Of a stretch of DNA of 64,000 nt, positions 45,748-54,185 are shown piece after piece. Source of the stretch: Acholeplasmatales bacterium (GTDB lineage: Bacteria; Bacillota_I; Bacilli_A; Izemoplasmatales; Hujiaoplasmataceae); the NCBI GenBank assembly GCA_003477305.1, contig DMTN01000039.1, positions 19,160 to 83,159 of the forward strand. The letters run 5' to 3'. How positions within the stretch are numbered: position 1 is the first letter of the stretch; the number at the start of each line of letters is the position of its first letter. The notes beneath the pieces are model-generated. The model was not told where the DNA came from, ran no database searches, and saw only the letters and a list, made by a program, of their open reading frames with translations. A program made the translations under genes and the position numbers.

Positions 45748-46514
45748 GATTTGTCTTGGGTAAAACGCTCTCAGAGGAACACGCGCATTGATTGCGATCA
45801 AGCGTCGGTGTGCGCTGGAAGATCTTGCTTCGCGGGAGGTGTTTTTCGTTTGCATACGCGCTCGGAAACCTCGAGTCCCCTCCGCTTCGAAACACCGTTT
45901 GGAATCGGTTTTTGACGGCTGAAACCTTCTTGACAATGGCAGAATTCAAGTCGTGATTTCATCAACAGAACGCATGAATGGGAACGACTCGACGATTGAT
46001 TTTCAGTGCTTTATTCATCAATTCAACATAGATTCTTCCATCAAACCACATCGATGAGCGAAGCCAAGCATCGCACGCGCGCGACTACATGTTTTTTCTC
46101 GCTGCCGTGCTCGATGGATCGTGCAACTTACAAATGCGGCCATTTTCGGATCACAAATGCGTTGCGTGTAAATAGCCGTATGTGGCTGTTTTTCACAATT
46201 TTCCATATATCAAGATTACTGCATCGAAATGTTGCAGACCAACATATCGGGATGCCGATCAAGGGGGGAACGACGGAGCGGAATCAAGCCAACCGAGCCG
46301 CTGTATCAATGAAAATCAACTTGATTGCGAGTTTTTGTGTGGGCGTTTGTTCATCGATGGGGAAATCGGTCGGCCGCTCGCGAACTCCCTGAAAGAATGT
46401 TGCGATTAATTATTTAAATTTCTTCTTTTTTACCATTCGTTGGCAAGTCCCCAACTTGCGCAAAAACCCCTTTGCACCTCGTTTTTCGACGCTCATTTAT
46501 TTTACGAAAGCCAG

Positions 46515-46543
46515 TTGACAAACCATTTTCCCTCCTATATTAT
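46515..46543 (+). promoter_or_regulatory. candidate promoter of nrdDG
   Basis: TTGACA (46515-46520), a 17-nt spacer, then TATTAT (46538-46543), about 40 nt before the nrdD ATG. Confidence 0.45.
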
Positions 46544-46584
46544 CAATCTCGCACCGTTTCAAACATTACTGGGGGAACCACCTT

Positions 46585-48699
46585 ATGCCGAAACAAATCG
46601 TCAAGCGCGACGGGTCCGTCGTACCATTCCGCAAAGAGAAAATCGTACTCGCCATTTTCAAAGCTGCCAGTTCGGTCGGAGGAACCGATTTTTCACGCTC
46701 CGAGTTACTTGCCGAACAGGTCTGCGAGATGGCCGATCGTTTGTATCCGAACGGAACGACCGAGGTCGAAGGAATTCAGGACATCGTCGAGAAGGTCCTG
46801 ATCGAAAACGGACACGCCAAAACGGCGAAGGCATACATCCTCTATCGCGAAAAACGTCGTTCTTCACGCGAAGCGAACGCTCTCATCGGCGCCACCATCG
46901 ACATGTTCACCGAATATCTGAACGATCGTGATTGGCAGATCAACGAAAATGCCAATACGTCCAAATCGATCAACGGTCTCAACAATTATGTCCGCGAAAA
47001 CTTCACGAAGAACTACTGGCTCCATGAAATCTATCCGGATGATGTCCGCTCCGCCCATCAGAACGGCGACATCCATATCCATGATCTCGGTTTCTTCGGG
47101 CCGTATTGCGCCGGTTGGGATCTTCGTCAGATTCTCATGAACGGTTTCGGCGGCGTATCCGGCAAAGTGGAATCGAACCCCGCCAAGCATCTGCGTGCTT
47201 TTCTCGGCCAGGTCGTCAATTCGACCTTCACGACCCAGGGCGAATCGGCCGGCGCACAGGCATGGTCGTCTTTTGATACCTATATCGCACCGTTTGTCCG
47301 CTATGACAAACTTGAATATAAAGGTGTCAAGCAGGCGCTCCAGGAATTCATCTTCAACCTCAACGTTCCGACCCGCGTCGGCTTCCAGTGTCCGTTTTCC
47401 AACCTGACCTTCGACATCAAGGCGCCGCACACGTTGCGCGACCTGAATGTCATCATCGGCGGCCGGCTGATGCCGGAAACGTACGGCGACTTCCAAGCCG
47501 AAATGGACATCGTGAATTCGGCATTCTGCGATATCATGATGGAAGGCGATGCCAAGGGACGGGTTTTCACTTTCCCGATACCGACGATCAACATCACCAA
47601 GGACTTCGACTGGGAGAGCCCGGTCATCGAAAAGTTCATGGAGATCACGGCGAAATACGGCATTCCCTATTTCTCCAACTACATCAACTCCGATCTCAGC
47701 CCCGAAGATGCCATGTCGATGTGCTGCCGCCTCCGTCTCAACACCTCCGAACTGCGCAAACGCGGCGGCGGATTGTTCGGATCGAATCCGCTGACGGGAT
47801 CCGTCGGCGTCGTCACCGTCAACCTTCCCCGGCTTGCCTATCTGTCACGCTCGGAGTCGGAATTCTACACGCGCCTTTGGGAAACCATCTACGTCGCGAA
47901 GAAGTCCCTGGAGATCAAACGCAAAGTCGTCGAGGAACAGACGACGCGCGGGCTTTATCCGTATAGCGCCTATTACCTCCGCGATGTGAAAGCGAAGAGC
48001 GGTTCCTACTGGTTCAACCACTTCAACACGATCGGTCTCATCGGCATGAACGAAGCCGCCCAGAACCTCTACGGCAAGGACGTCGATTTGACGACCCTGG
48101 CCGGTCAGGAATTCGCCGTGAAGACGCTCAACTACATGCGCGACGTGATCAAGGACATCCAGGAAGAAACCGGCAACAACTACAATCTCGAAGCGACCCC
48201 TGCCGAAGGTACCAGCTATCGGCTCGCGAAAGCGGACAAATCGCGCTTCCCGGACATCATCACCGCCGGTCACGATGTCCCCTACTACACGAACTCCACG
48301 CAGCTTCCCGTCGGATTCACCGACGACATCTTCGAAACCCTCGACATGCAGGACGAACTGCAATCGCTTTATACCGGCGGAACCGTGCTGCATCTCTATC
48401 TCGGCGAGCGCGTCAAGGATACCCAAACCTGCAAAACCCTCATCAAGAAGGTATTCACGAAGTACAAGCTTCCCTACATCTCGATCACCCCGACCTTCTC
48501 CGTCTGTCCCGAACACGGCTACATCTCGGGCGAACACTTCCACTGTCCGACCTGCGGACGCGACGCCGAAGTCTACACGCGGGTCGTCGGCTATCTGCGT
48601 CCCGTCCAGAACTTCAACAAAGGCAAGAAGGCCGAGTATGACGACCGCGTCAAGTATGTGATCCAGGATGAAATCGCCCCCGGAGCCGCCAAGTCATGA
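46585..48699 (+). CDS. nrdD: anaerobic ribonucleoside-triphosphate reductase (class III)
   Basis: 704 aa. N-terminal ATP-cone (MPKQIVKRDGSVVPFRKEKI). C-terminal Zn site CP..C...CPTCG and glycyl-radical motif RVVGYLRPV. Confidence 0.95.
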   Translation: MPKQIVKRDGSVVPFRKEKIVLAIFKAASSVGGTDFSRSELLAEQVCEMADRLYPNGTTEVEGIQDIVEKVLIENGHAKTAKAYILYREKRRSSREANALIGATIDMFTEYLNDRDWQINENANTSKSINGLNNYVRENFTKNYWLHEIYPDDVRSAHQNGDIHIHDLGFFGPYCAGWDLRQILMNGFGGVSGKVESNPAKHLRAFLGQVVNSTFTTQGESAGAQAWSSFDTYIAPFVRYDKLEYKGVKQALQEFIFNLNVPTRVGFQCPFSNLTFDIKAPHTLRDLNVIIGGRLMPETYGDFQAEMDIVNSAFCDIMMEGDAKGRVFTFPIPTINITKDFDWESPVIEKFMEITAKYGIPYFSNYINSDLSPEDAMSMCCRLRLNTSELRKRGGGLFGSNPLTGSVGVVTVNLPRLAYLSRSESEFYTRLWETIYVAKKSLEIKRKVVEEQTTRGLYPYSAYYLRDVKAKSGSYWFNHFNTIGLIGMNEAAQNLYGKDVDLTTLAGQEFAVKTLNYMRDVIKDIQEETGNNYNLEATPAEGTSYRLAKADKSRFPDIITAGHDVPYYTNSTQLPVGFTDDIFETLDMQDELQSLYTGGTVLHLYLGERVKDTQTCKTLIKKVFTKYKLPYISITPTFSVCPEHGYISGEHFHCPTCGRDAEVYTRVVGYLRPVQNFNKGKKAEYDDRVKYVIQDEIAPGAAKS

Positions 48700-49388
48700 T
48701 CTTCGCCGGGATGGTCAAGTCTTCCCTGATCGACTATCCGGGAAAAATCGCCACCGTGCTGTTCACGCCGGGGTGCAACTACAACTGCTTCTACTGCCAT
48801 AACCGCGCGATCATCGAAGACATCGACGTGCTCCTCGATCCGACTGAGGTCGACGACTTCCTCCTACGGCGCCAGGGCCTCATCGACGCCATCGTCGTCT
48901 CCGGCGGCGAACCGACCCTGCACCGCGATCTGATACCCTTTCTCCGCAAGGTGAAGGATCTCGGCTACCTCACCAAACTCGACACCAACGGATCCAACCC
49001 GGACGTCCTCAAGAAGTTGATCGACGAACATCTGGTCGACTACTTCGCCATCGACTACAAAGCGCCTGTCTGGCGCTACGGCGAGATTTGCGGACCGGAC
49101 GCCGACGGCAACGTCGTGCTCGAAACGCTCGTCATGCTCCTGTGGGCGGGCGTAGACTTCGAAGCGCGCACCACGGTCGTGCCGCAACTCACCGAGAAGG
49201 ACCTGATCCGGATGGCCAAGGAGATGCCGCCGCTTCCAAGATACGTCCTGAACCCGTACCGGAAGCCGAAAGTGTACCGTCCGGAAGACCAGGCCCGGAT
49301 CGACATCCCGCCGTATCCGGAAAAGCAGATCGCGAAATTCGCGGAGAACATCAAACTCTACCAGCAAAACGTCGTACTGATGTTTTAA
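48696..49388 (+). CDS. nrdG: anaerobic RNR activating protein (radical SAM)
   Basis: 230 aa. GCNYNCFYCHN cluster motif. 4-nt overlap with nrdD. Confidence 0.9.
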   Translation: MIFAGMVKSSLIDYPGKIATVLFTPGCNYNCFYCHNRAIIEDIDVLLDPTEVDDFLLRRQGLIDAIVVSGGEPTLHRDLIPFLRKVKDLGYLTKLDTNGSNPDVLKKLIDEHLVDYFAIDYKAPVWRYGEICGPDADGNVVLETLVMLLWAGVDFEARTTVVPQLTEKDLIRMAKEMPPLPRYVLNPYRKPKVYRPEDQARIDIPPYPEKQIAKFAENIKLYQQNVVLMF

Positions 49389-49395
49389 GCGTTCA

Positions 49396-49432
49396 AAGGA
49401 TGCGCAGCGAACCCTGTGCATCCTTTTGTTTT
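49396..49432 (+). terminator. rho-independent terminator after nrdG
   Basis: AAGGATGC (49396-49403) pairs with GCATCCTT (49418-49425), followed by TTGTTTT. Confidence 0.6.
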
Positions 49433-49594
49433 GTCGCCCACATGCGGTTATGCCGCGATCCCTGGTGCGATTACGACCGTTGTCCCCTGACCTCGAATCG
49501 TCAGAATCGTCCCTCCCCCACAGAAAACCGTTACCACATCCCGTTGTTTGTGATACAATATCAAGTGATATCCTTCTTACATCGGAGTTGTGCC

Positions 49595-51520
49595 ATGAAG
49601 AAAGTCCTCGTTCTGATCACCATCTCGCTTATCCTGTTCGCGCTTGCCGGCTGCGACCTTTTATCAACGATTTCAACCGCTGCGACCACGACGATCGAAA
49701 TCGGAACGGGCACGGATACGGAAACGACGAATCAGACGACGAATCAGACGACGACCACCGACACGACGTTGTTCGATACGCGGCCAAGCGCGATCGAGGC
49801 CGAGTTCGACCGGATCGAACCGCTGATCCCGGAGGCGATCATCGCCGATCGGGCGCTTCCCGCGACGACCGACCCGTCGATCACGGTCGAGTATTCCATC
49901 GACGGCACGCCGATCGGCATGACCCTCGTCTATAGCGCGCCGCCGACCGATGTCACCCTCGCGCTTGCGGTGACGCTGACCTATGGCGACCTCGCCGTCA
50001 CCCGCACCTACTCGATCCTCATGTTACGGGATTACGATGCCTACCAGGAGTATCTCCGGGATCTCGGTTTCTCCGAAATCGAAGCGTTGATCGAAGCCGG
50101 ACTGCCGGACGAGGCCAAATCGGACTTCACGCTGCCGATCATCTCCTACAACAATGCGGAAGTGAGTTATACGACGCCGGTCTCGCGCATCTATCACGGC
50201 CGCTTCGTCTTCACCTTCCCGTCCGTCGACGTTCAGCTCGTGATCACCTCACGCGTGATCTACATGGGACAGACGCGCTATTTCACTCATGAGATCACCC
50301 TCAAGGGGTTCTACTCGCTTTCCCGCATCCCGGAACTCTACATCCTCACCAGCGGCAATCAGGAAGTCACCTCCAAGGACTATTACATCGGCGGCGTCGC
50401 CACCTTAGTCACCTATGACGAGAACAACGTCGCGCACACCGTCTTCTCCAATCGTACGCTGGAAATCCGCTCGCGCGGCAACTCGACCTTATGGATGCCG
50501 AAACGGCCGTACAAGATCAAGTTCACCAACAAGACCGCGCTTTTGACGGAGTATGAGGCGAAAGACTGGGTCCTGCTCGCCAACTTCGCCGATCAGACGC
50601 TCATCCGAAACAAACTCGCCATCCAACTCGCCAACGCGATGGGCATGCCCTATACTCCATCCGCCAATTTCGTCGAAGTCTATATGAACAACGCGTACAT
50701 CGGAAACTACATGGTCACCGATCAGATCGAGGTTTCGTCCGTTCGCATCGACATCGAAGAAGATTCGTCGGCTGCCGATACGGGCTATCTGCTCGAGTGG
50801 GACCTGCGGCAATTCGATTCCTGGCAGGCCGACGGCGAAGAAGGCGTCGCCTGGTTCAACATCTACGGCATCGCGTTCGCGATCAAATCGCCGCAACCGG
50901 ACGGTTTCTACTACAACCAAGCCCAATTCGACTACATCTACAATTACATGTTGAGCGTGCATCTGGCGCTGAAAAACAAACAAAGCTACACCGGGTTGAT
51001 CGACGAAGCATCCTTCATCGACTGGTTCATCGTGCAGGAGGTGTTCAAGAACGTCGACTCCGGATATTCCTCCAATTTCTACTACAAGGATAAGGGCGGA
51101 CTTCTGAAGATGGGTCCGATCTGGGATTTCGACCTCTCCTCGACGAACCCGGGGCATCTCGACTACGAGAACCGCATGCCTCCGGGATGGTACACCCCGC
51201 AGCAGTACAAAAACGTCTGGTTCTACTACCTGATGAAGTACGAGGTGTTCCGCGAACATCTCAAGAATCGCTGGAACGACGTCTATGCCGATGCGATCGC
51301 GATGCTCGAATCGGTCTATCCGGAATCGGACGCGATCGCCCGGTCCCGCTACAGCAATTTCCAGCGCTGGGACATCATCGGGAAAAACTACGAATGGTAT
51401 ACCTCGACCGAGGTGTACGAAGCCAAAACCTACGAAGAGCAACTCGCTCTTTTATATGACTGGCTCGAAGCCAGGATCGCCTGGATGGACGAGGCGATCA
51501 ACGATCCGGATTTCGTCTGA
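49595..51520 (+). CDS. CotH-domain lipoprotein
   Basis: Start set at the ATG at 49595 (MKKVLVLITISLILFALAGC, lipobox LAGC), which has GGAG 8 nt upstream. Thr-rich linker. CotH-like core RGNSTLWMPKRPYKIKF...LIRNKLA...YIGNYMVTDQIEV. Confidence 0.8.
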   Translation: MKKVLVLITISLILFALAGCDLLSTISTAATTTIEIGTGTDTETTNQTTNQTTTTDTTLFDTRPSAIEAEFDRIEPLIPEAIIADRALPATTDPSITVEYSIDGTPIGMTLVYSAPPTDVTLALAVTLTYGDLAVTRTYSILMLRDYDAYQEYLRDLGFSEIEALIEAGLPDEAKSDFTLPIISYNNAEVSYTTPVSRIYHGRFVFTFPSVDVQLVITSRVIYMGQTRYFTHEITLKGFYSLSRIPELYILTSGNQEVTSKDYYIGGVATLVTYDENNVAHTVFSNRTLEIRSRGNSTLWMPKRPYKIKFTNKTALLTEYEAKDWVLLANFADQTLIRNKLAIQLANAMGMPYTPSANFVEVYMNNAYIGNYMVTDQIEVSSVRIDIEEDSSAADTGYLLEWDLRQFDSWQADGEEGVAWFNIYGIAFAIKSPQPDGFYYNQAQFDYIYNYMLSVHLALKNKQSYTGLIDEASFIDWFIVQEVFKNVDSGYSSNFYYKDKGGLLKMGPIWDFDLSSTNPGHLDYENRMPPGWYTPQQYKNVWFYYLMKYEVFREHLKNRWNDVYADAIAMLESVYPESDAIARSRYSNFQRWDIIGKNYEWYTSTEVYEAKTYEEQLALLYDWLEARIAWMDEAINDPDFV

Positions 51521-51582
51521 TCGAACTTTTACGCAACGTTTCATGCGATCGTGATTGCAAACGTTTTCTATTGCTGTCTTTG

Positions 51583-51611
51583 TTGACAAGGTCCAAATCC
51601 GGTGCTATGAT
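51583..51611 (+). promoter_or_regulatory. sigmaA promoter driving the riboswitch-antiporter operon
   Basis: TTGACA (51583-51588), a 17-nt spacer, then TATGAT (51606-51611). Confidence 0.6.
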
Positions 51612-51617
51612 GTAACG

Positions 51618-51739
51618 CGACTACTCCGAACATAGATTACGGTGGGGGAACCGAATCGCAACTGGGGTGAATCTTCCGTCAGGAAGCAGGGACGCTTGGA
51701 GTCCCGAACCCGTCAGCTAACCTCATAGGAGCGATCCAA
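51618..51739 (+). promoter_or_regulatory. cyclic-di-AMP riboswitch (ydaO/yuaA class) aptamer
   Basis: Contains the class-defining blocks ACGGUGGGGGAACC, GGGGUGAAUC and CCCGAACCCGUCAGCUAACCUCAUAGGAGC in the expected order and spacing. Matched from memory of the B. subtilis ydaO element. Confidence 0.8.
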
Positions 51740-51784
51740 GCGTGTGAAAGGTACCGATCGACCTTCCATGCGCTTTTTGTTTTG
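51740..51784 (+). terminator. intrinsic terminator forming the riboswitch expression platform
   Basis: 13-bp stem GCGTGTGAAAGGT / ACCTTCCATGCGC (1 mismatch, 2 G-U pairs) with an 8-nt loop, followed by TTTTTGTTTT. Confidence 0.65.
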
Positions 51785-51847
51785 CCAAATGAGGACGCCG
51801 TGGACCGGATGGCGCCCAACATTCTCCGGAGAGTACAAAAGAAGAAC

Positions 51848-53062
51848 ATGGACACAATGCTCAAACTTGGAATCCTGCTGCTCGCAGGACTCATCGGCGG
51901 TCGTATCGCACGCATTTTCAAACTCCCGAACGTTTCGGGATACCTCATCGCCGGCGTTCTCGTCGGCCCGTCGATTTTCGGCGTCGTCAACGTTACGGAC
52001 GTTGCGAACTTCACCATCCTATCGGAAATCGCCCTCGCCGTCCTCGCCTTTTCGATCGGCAGCGAATTCGTTTTGAAAGACCTCAAGAAACTCGGCAAGC
52101 GCGTCGTCATCATCACCCTGACGCAAGCGACGGGTGCGGTGCTCTTCGTCTTCTCGATCATGTACTTCGTCTTCCGTCAGGATTTCGCCTTCTCGATCGT
52201 CATCGCCTCGATGTCGGCCGCGACGGCGCCGGCCGCGACGATGCTCGTCGTCCGGCAGTTCAACGCCGACGGCCCCTTGGTCCGAACGATGCTTCCGGTC
52301 GTCGCGCTCGACGACATCTACGGCATCATGGCCTTCGGCATCGCCTTGCCGCTCGCCAAGATGTCGATCAGCACCGAAGCCATTCCGATCTGGTCGATGA
52401 TCCTCGATCCGTTCGTCGAAATCGGCGGTTCGCTCCTGATCGGCGGCCTCCTCGGGTTTTTGCTCTCGTTTGTCACGAAGCGTGCGAAGAGCCGCGACGA
52501 CATCAAAATCGTGTCGATCGCCGCGGTCGCGATCGCCCTCGGTCTTGCCAAACTCCTCGGACTGTCCTCGTTGCTCATGAGCATCATGATGGGCACCGTG
52601 CTCGCCAATCTGAACAAGAAGTCGAACCGCGTCTTTGAAACGGTCGATGAGTTCATCTCGCCGTTTTATGTGCTGTTCTTCACGGTAGCCGGGGCCGGCC
52701 TCGAACTCGGGGTCATCCGGGATGTCGGGATCATGGGAATCTGCTATGTCTTCGCCCGCGGTTTCGGCAAGTGGCTCGGCGCTTTCCTCAGCGCCCGTGC
52801 GACCCACGCCGACAAGGCGGTCCAGAAGTATCTCGGACTGACGTTGCTTCCGCAAGGCGGGATCTCGATCGGTCTGTCGATCATCGTCCGCCAGGAACTT
52901 CCCGTCTATGCGGTCGCGATCACGACCATCATCATGTTCTCGATCCTCATCTATGAAACCTCCGGTCCGATCTTCGCGAAAATCGCGATTGCCAAGGCCG
53001 GCGAAATCAATGGCATGGCTTTACCCGCCGAAGCGAATCTGTCGCCGGCGGGATCCCACTAA
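51848..53062 (+). CDS. cation:proton antiporter (CPA2 / Na_H exchanger family)
   Basis: Start set at the ATG at 51848 (MDTMLKLGILLLAGLIGGRIARIFKLPNVSGYLIAGVLVGP). The ORF-track start at 51782 lies inside the terminator U-run. About 12 TM helices. Confidence 0.8.
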   Translation: MDTMLKLGILLLAGLIGGRIARIFKLPNVSGYLIAGVLVGPSIFGVVNVTDVANFTILSEIALAVLAFSIGSEFVLKDLKKLGKRVVIITLTQATGAVLFVFSIMYFVFRQDFAFSIVIASMSAATAPAATMLVVRQFNADGPLVRTMLPVVALDDIYGIMAFGIALPLAKMSISTEAIPIWSMILDPFVEIGGSLLIGGLLGFLLSFVTKRAKSRDDIKIVSIAAVAIALGLAKLLGLSSLLMSIMMGTVLANLNKKSNRVFETVDEFISPFYVLFFTVAGAGLELGVIRDVGIMGICYVFARGFGKWLGAFLSARATHADKAVQKYLGLTLLPQGGISIGLSIIVRQELPVYAVAITTIIMFSILIYETSGPIFAKIAIAKAGEINGMALPAEANLSPAGSH

Positions 53063-53076
53063 GGAGGGATGATCTT

Positions 53077-53433
53077 ATGAACGCGCTATTCATCGTACTG
53101 AACAAGACCGATTATCTCGACGACATCCTCAAAACGCTCGTGGAAATGGGCGTCGGGGGCGCCACCATCCTGGAATCGCAGGGCATGGCCCGCGCGATCG
53201 TGCACGGCGGCTACGACCACATCCCGCTGTTCGGATCGCTCAAGATGCTGATCGGCGACGAACATCCCTACAACAAGACCATCTTCACCGTCATCGAGAA
53301 CGACGAACTCGTCGATCTCGTCGCGGCGAAACTGCGCGAGGTCATCGACGAGCGCGACAAGCCGAATTCCGGTTTCATGTTCACGGTCCCGGTCGGACGC
53401 ATCATCCCCTTCACCGACAAGAACCATCGATAA
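53077..53433 (+). CDS. P-II-like (GlnB-fold) small signal-transduction protein
   Basis: 118 aa. The beta-alpha-beta pattern aligns by eye with PII: ALFIVLNKTDYLDDILKTLVEMGVGGATILESQG ... KTIFTVIENDELVDLVAAKLREVI ... GFMFTVPVGRII. RBS AAGGAGGGA upstream. Confidence 0.55.
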   Translation: MNALFIVLNKTDYLDDILKTLVEMGVGGATILESQGMARAIVHGGYDHIPLFGSLKMLIGDEHPYNKTIFTVIENDELVDLVAAKLREVIDERDKPNSGFMFTVPVGRIIPFTDKNHR

Positions 53434-53443
53434 CGACGATGCA

Positions 53444-53472
53444 TCCCGGAGCCGACGCTCCGGGATTTTTTT
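53444..53472 (+). terminator. rho-independent terminator after the PII-like gene
   Basis: 9-bp stem TCCCGGAGC / GCTCCGGGA with loop CGAC, followed by T7. Confidence 0.7.
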
Positions 53473-53477
53473 AAGAC

Positions 53478-53502
53478 GAAAAAAAGCGGATCGGAGTCCG
53501 CT
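53478..53502 (-). terminator. rho-independent terminator after tRNA-Tyr
   Basis: AGCGGA / TCCGCT stem, followed on the minus strand by T7-8. Confidence 0.6.
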
Positions 53503-53513
53503 TTGATTCATCA

Positions 53514-53598
53514 TGGTGGAGAGGGACGGTTTCGAACCGCCGAACCCAAAGGGAGCAGATTTACAGTCTGCCGCGTTTAGCCTCTTCGCTACCTCTCC
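53514..53598 (-). tRNA. tRNA-Tyr (anticodon GUA)
   Basis: Reverse complement GGAGAGG...GCAGA-CTGTAAA-TCTGC, a long variable arm, GGTTCGAACC and encoded CCA. Confidence 0.9.
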
Positions 53599-53625
53599 GT
53601 ATGCCGTCTTTTGTTCGGCTACTAC

Positions 53626-53654
53626 ATTATAACAAATCGGTTTTTAAAATGCAA
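53626..53654 (-). promoter_or_regulatory. promoter of tRNA-Tyr
   Basis: Minus strand reads TTGCAT (53654-53649), a 17-nt spacer, then TATAAT (53631-53626). Confidence 0.55.
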
Positions 53655-53705
53655 GAACTAAAAAAGCCGGTCAACCGCACCGGTTCCATAATCCGCTTTT
53701 TCGGC

Positions 53706-53734
53706 TTGGAACCGCGCTCCCGGCGTGATATAAT
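53706..53734 (+). promoter_or_regulatory. promoter of mgsA
   Basis: TTGGAA (53706-53711), a 17-nt spacer ending in TGA, then TATAAT (53729-53734). RBS GGAGG at 53756-53760. Confidence 0.6.
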
Positions 53735-53766
53735 GATATCGTTCAGCACCCCCACGGAGGTATCTT

Positions 53767-54135
53767 ATGCGGATCGCGTTGATCGCTCACGACAAGAAAA
53801 AACAGGAAATCATCGATTTTGCAACGAAATACGTGTCGGTGCTCCAAAAGCACCAGCTGTTCGCAACCGGAACGACCGGGCAACGGATCATCGAGGCAAC
53901 CGGCCTCAATATCCATCGCTTTCGCTCCGGACCGCTCGGCGGCGACCAGGAAATCGGCGCGCGGATCGCCAACGGCGAGATCGATCTGATCTTCTTTTTC
54001 CGCGACCCGCTCACCGCACAGCCGCACGAACCCGATGTCTCGGCGCTCCTCCGGCTTTCCGACGTCTACCGGATTCCGCTGGCGACCAACAGTTCAACCG
54101 CCGAACTGATCGTCCATGCTCTGATGAAAGAATGA
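53767..54135 (+). CDS. mgsA: methylglyoxal synthase
   Basis: 122 aa. [12 protein letters not shown]...ATGTTG...[11 protein letters not shown]...[12 protein letters not shown], a full-length match to the MgsA family pattern. Confidence 0.95.
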   Translation: MRIALIAHDKKKQEIIDFATKYVSVLQKHQLFATGTTGQRIIEATGLNIHRFRSGPLGGDQEIGARIANGEIDLIFFFRDPLTAQPHEPDVSALLRLSDVYRIPLATNSSTAELIVHALMKE

Positions 54136-54146
54136 ATCCGAATCAA

Positions 54147-54185
54147 AACGGCATCGATCCCACTTGGGGTCGATGCCGTTTTTCT
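54147..54185. terminator. bidirectional terminator between mgsA and the AlkP-family gene
   Basis: 14-bp stem ACGGCATCGATCCC / GGGGTCGATGCCGT with loop ACTT, flanked by A- and T-runs. Confidence 0.7.

Noticed and set aside
45685-45936. An 84-codon N-terminal extension of the MFS ORF.
   Set aside because: It is basic, non-hydrophobic and AT-rich, and it runs through a good TTGCTT-17-TATAAT promoter. The GTG at 45684 gives a normal MFS N-terminus.
46240-46400. Cobalamin-riboswitch-like fragments (AAGGGGGGAA...GGAGCGGAATCA...GCCGCTGTA) upstream of nrdD.
   Set aside because: The B12 box (AGTCAGGAGACCTGCC-like) and the GCCACTG element are missing. The segment also ends about 120 nt upstream of the best nrdD promoter rather than lying in its leader.
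46182-46409. A Cys-rich 75-aa ORF (MAVFHNFPYIKITASKCCRP...KECCD) in the long spacer.
   Set aside because: It has a GTG start with no RBS, atypical composition and no signal peptide. It is most likely a chance ORF.
46140-46584. A search for NrdR boxes (16-bp acaCwAtATaTwGtgt-type palindromes) in front of nrdD.
   Set aside because: I found only partial resemblances (CACAATTTTCCATATATCAAG near 46193). There is no pair of palindromic boxes overlapping the promoter.
49088-49594. A 169-codon N-terminal extension of the CotH ORF that overlaps nrdG.
   Set aside because: The extension is Arg/Pro-rich out-of-frame read-through of nrdG and the terminator. The internal ATG at 49595 has an RBS and a canonical lipoprotein signal.
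53661-53690. A hairpin (CCGGT-caaccgc-ACCGG) with a minus-strand U-run, upstream of the tRNA-Tyr promoter.
   Set aside because: No minus-strand gene feeds into it, because mgsA is on the other strand and the bidirectional terminator at 54.15 kb already stops the AlkP-family transcript. It is probably an incidental or insulating structure and is too weak to call.
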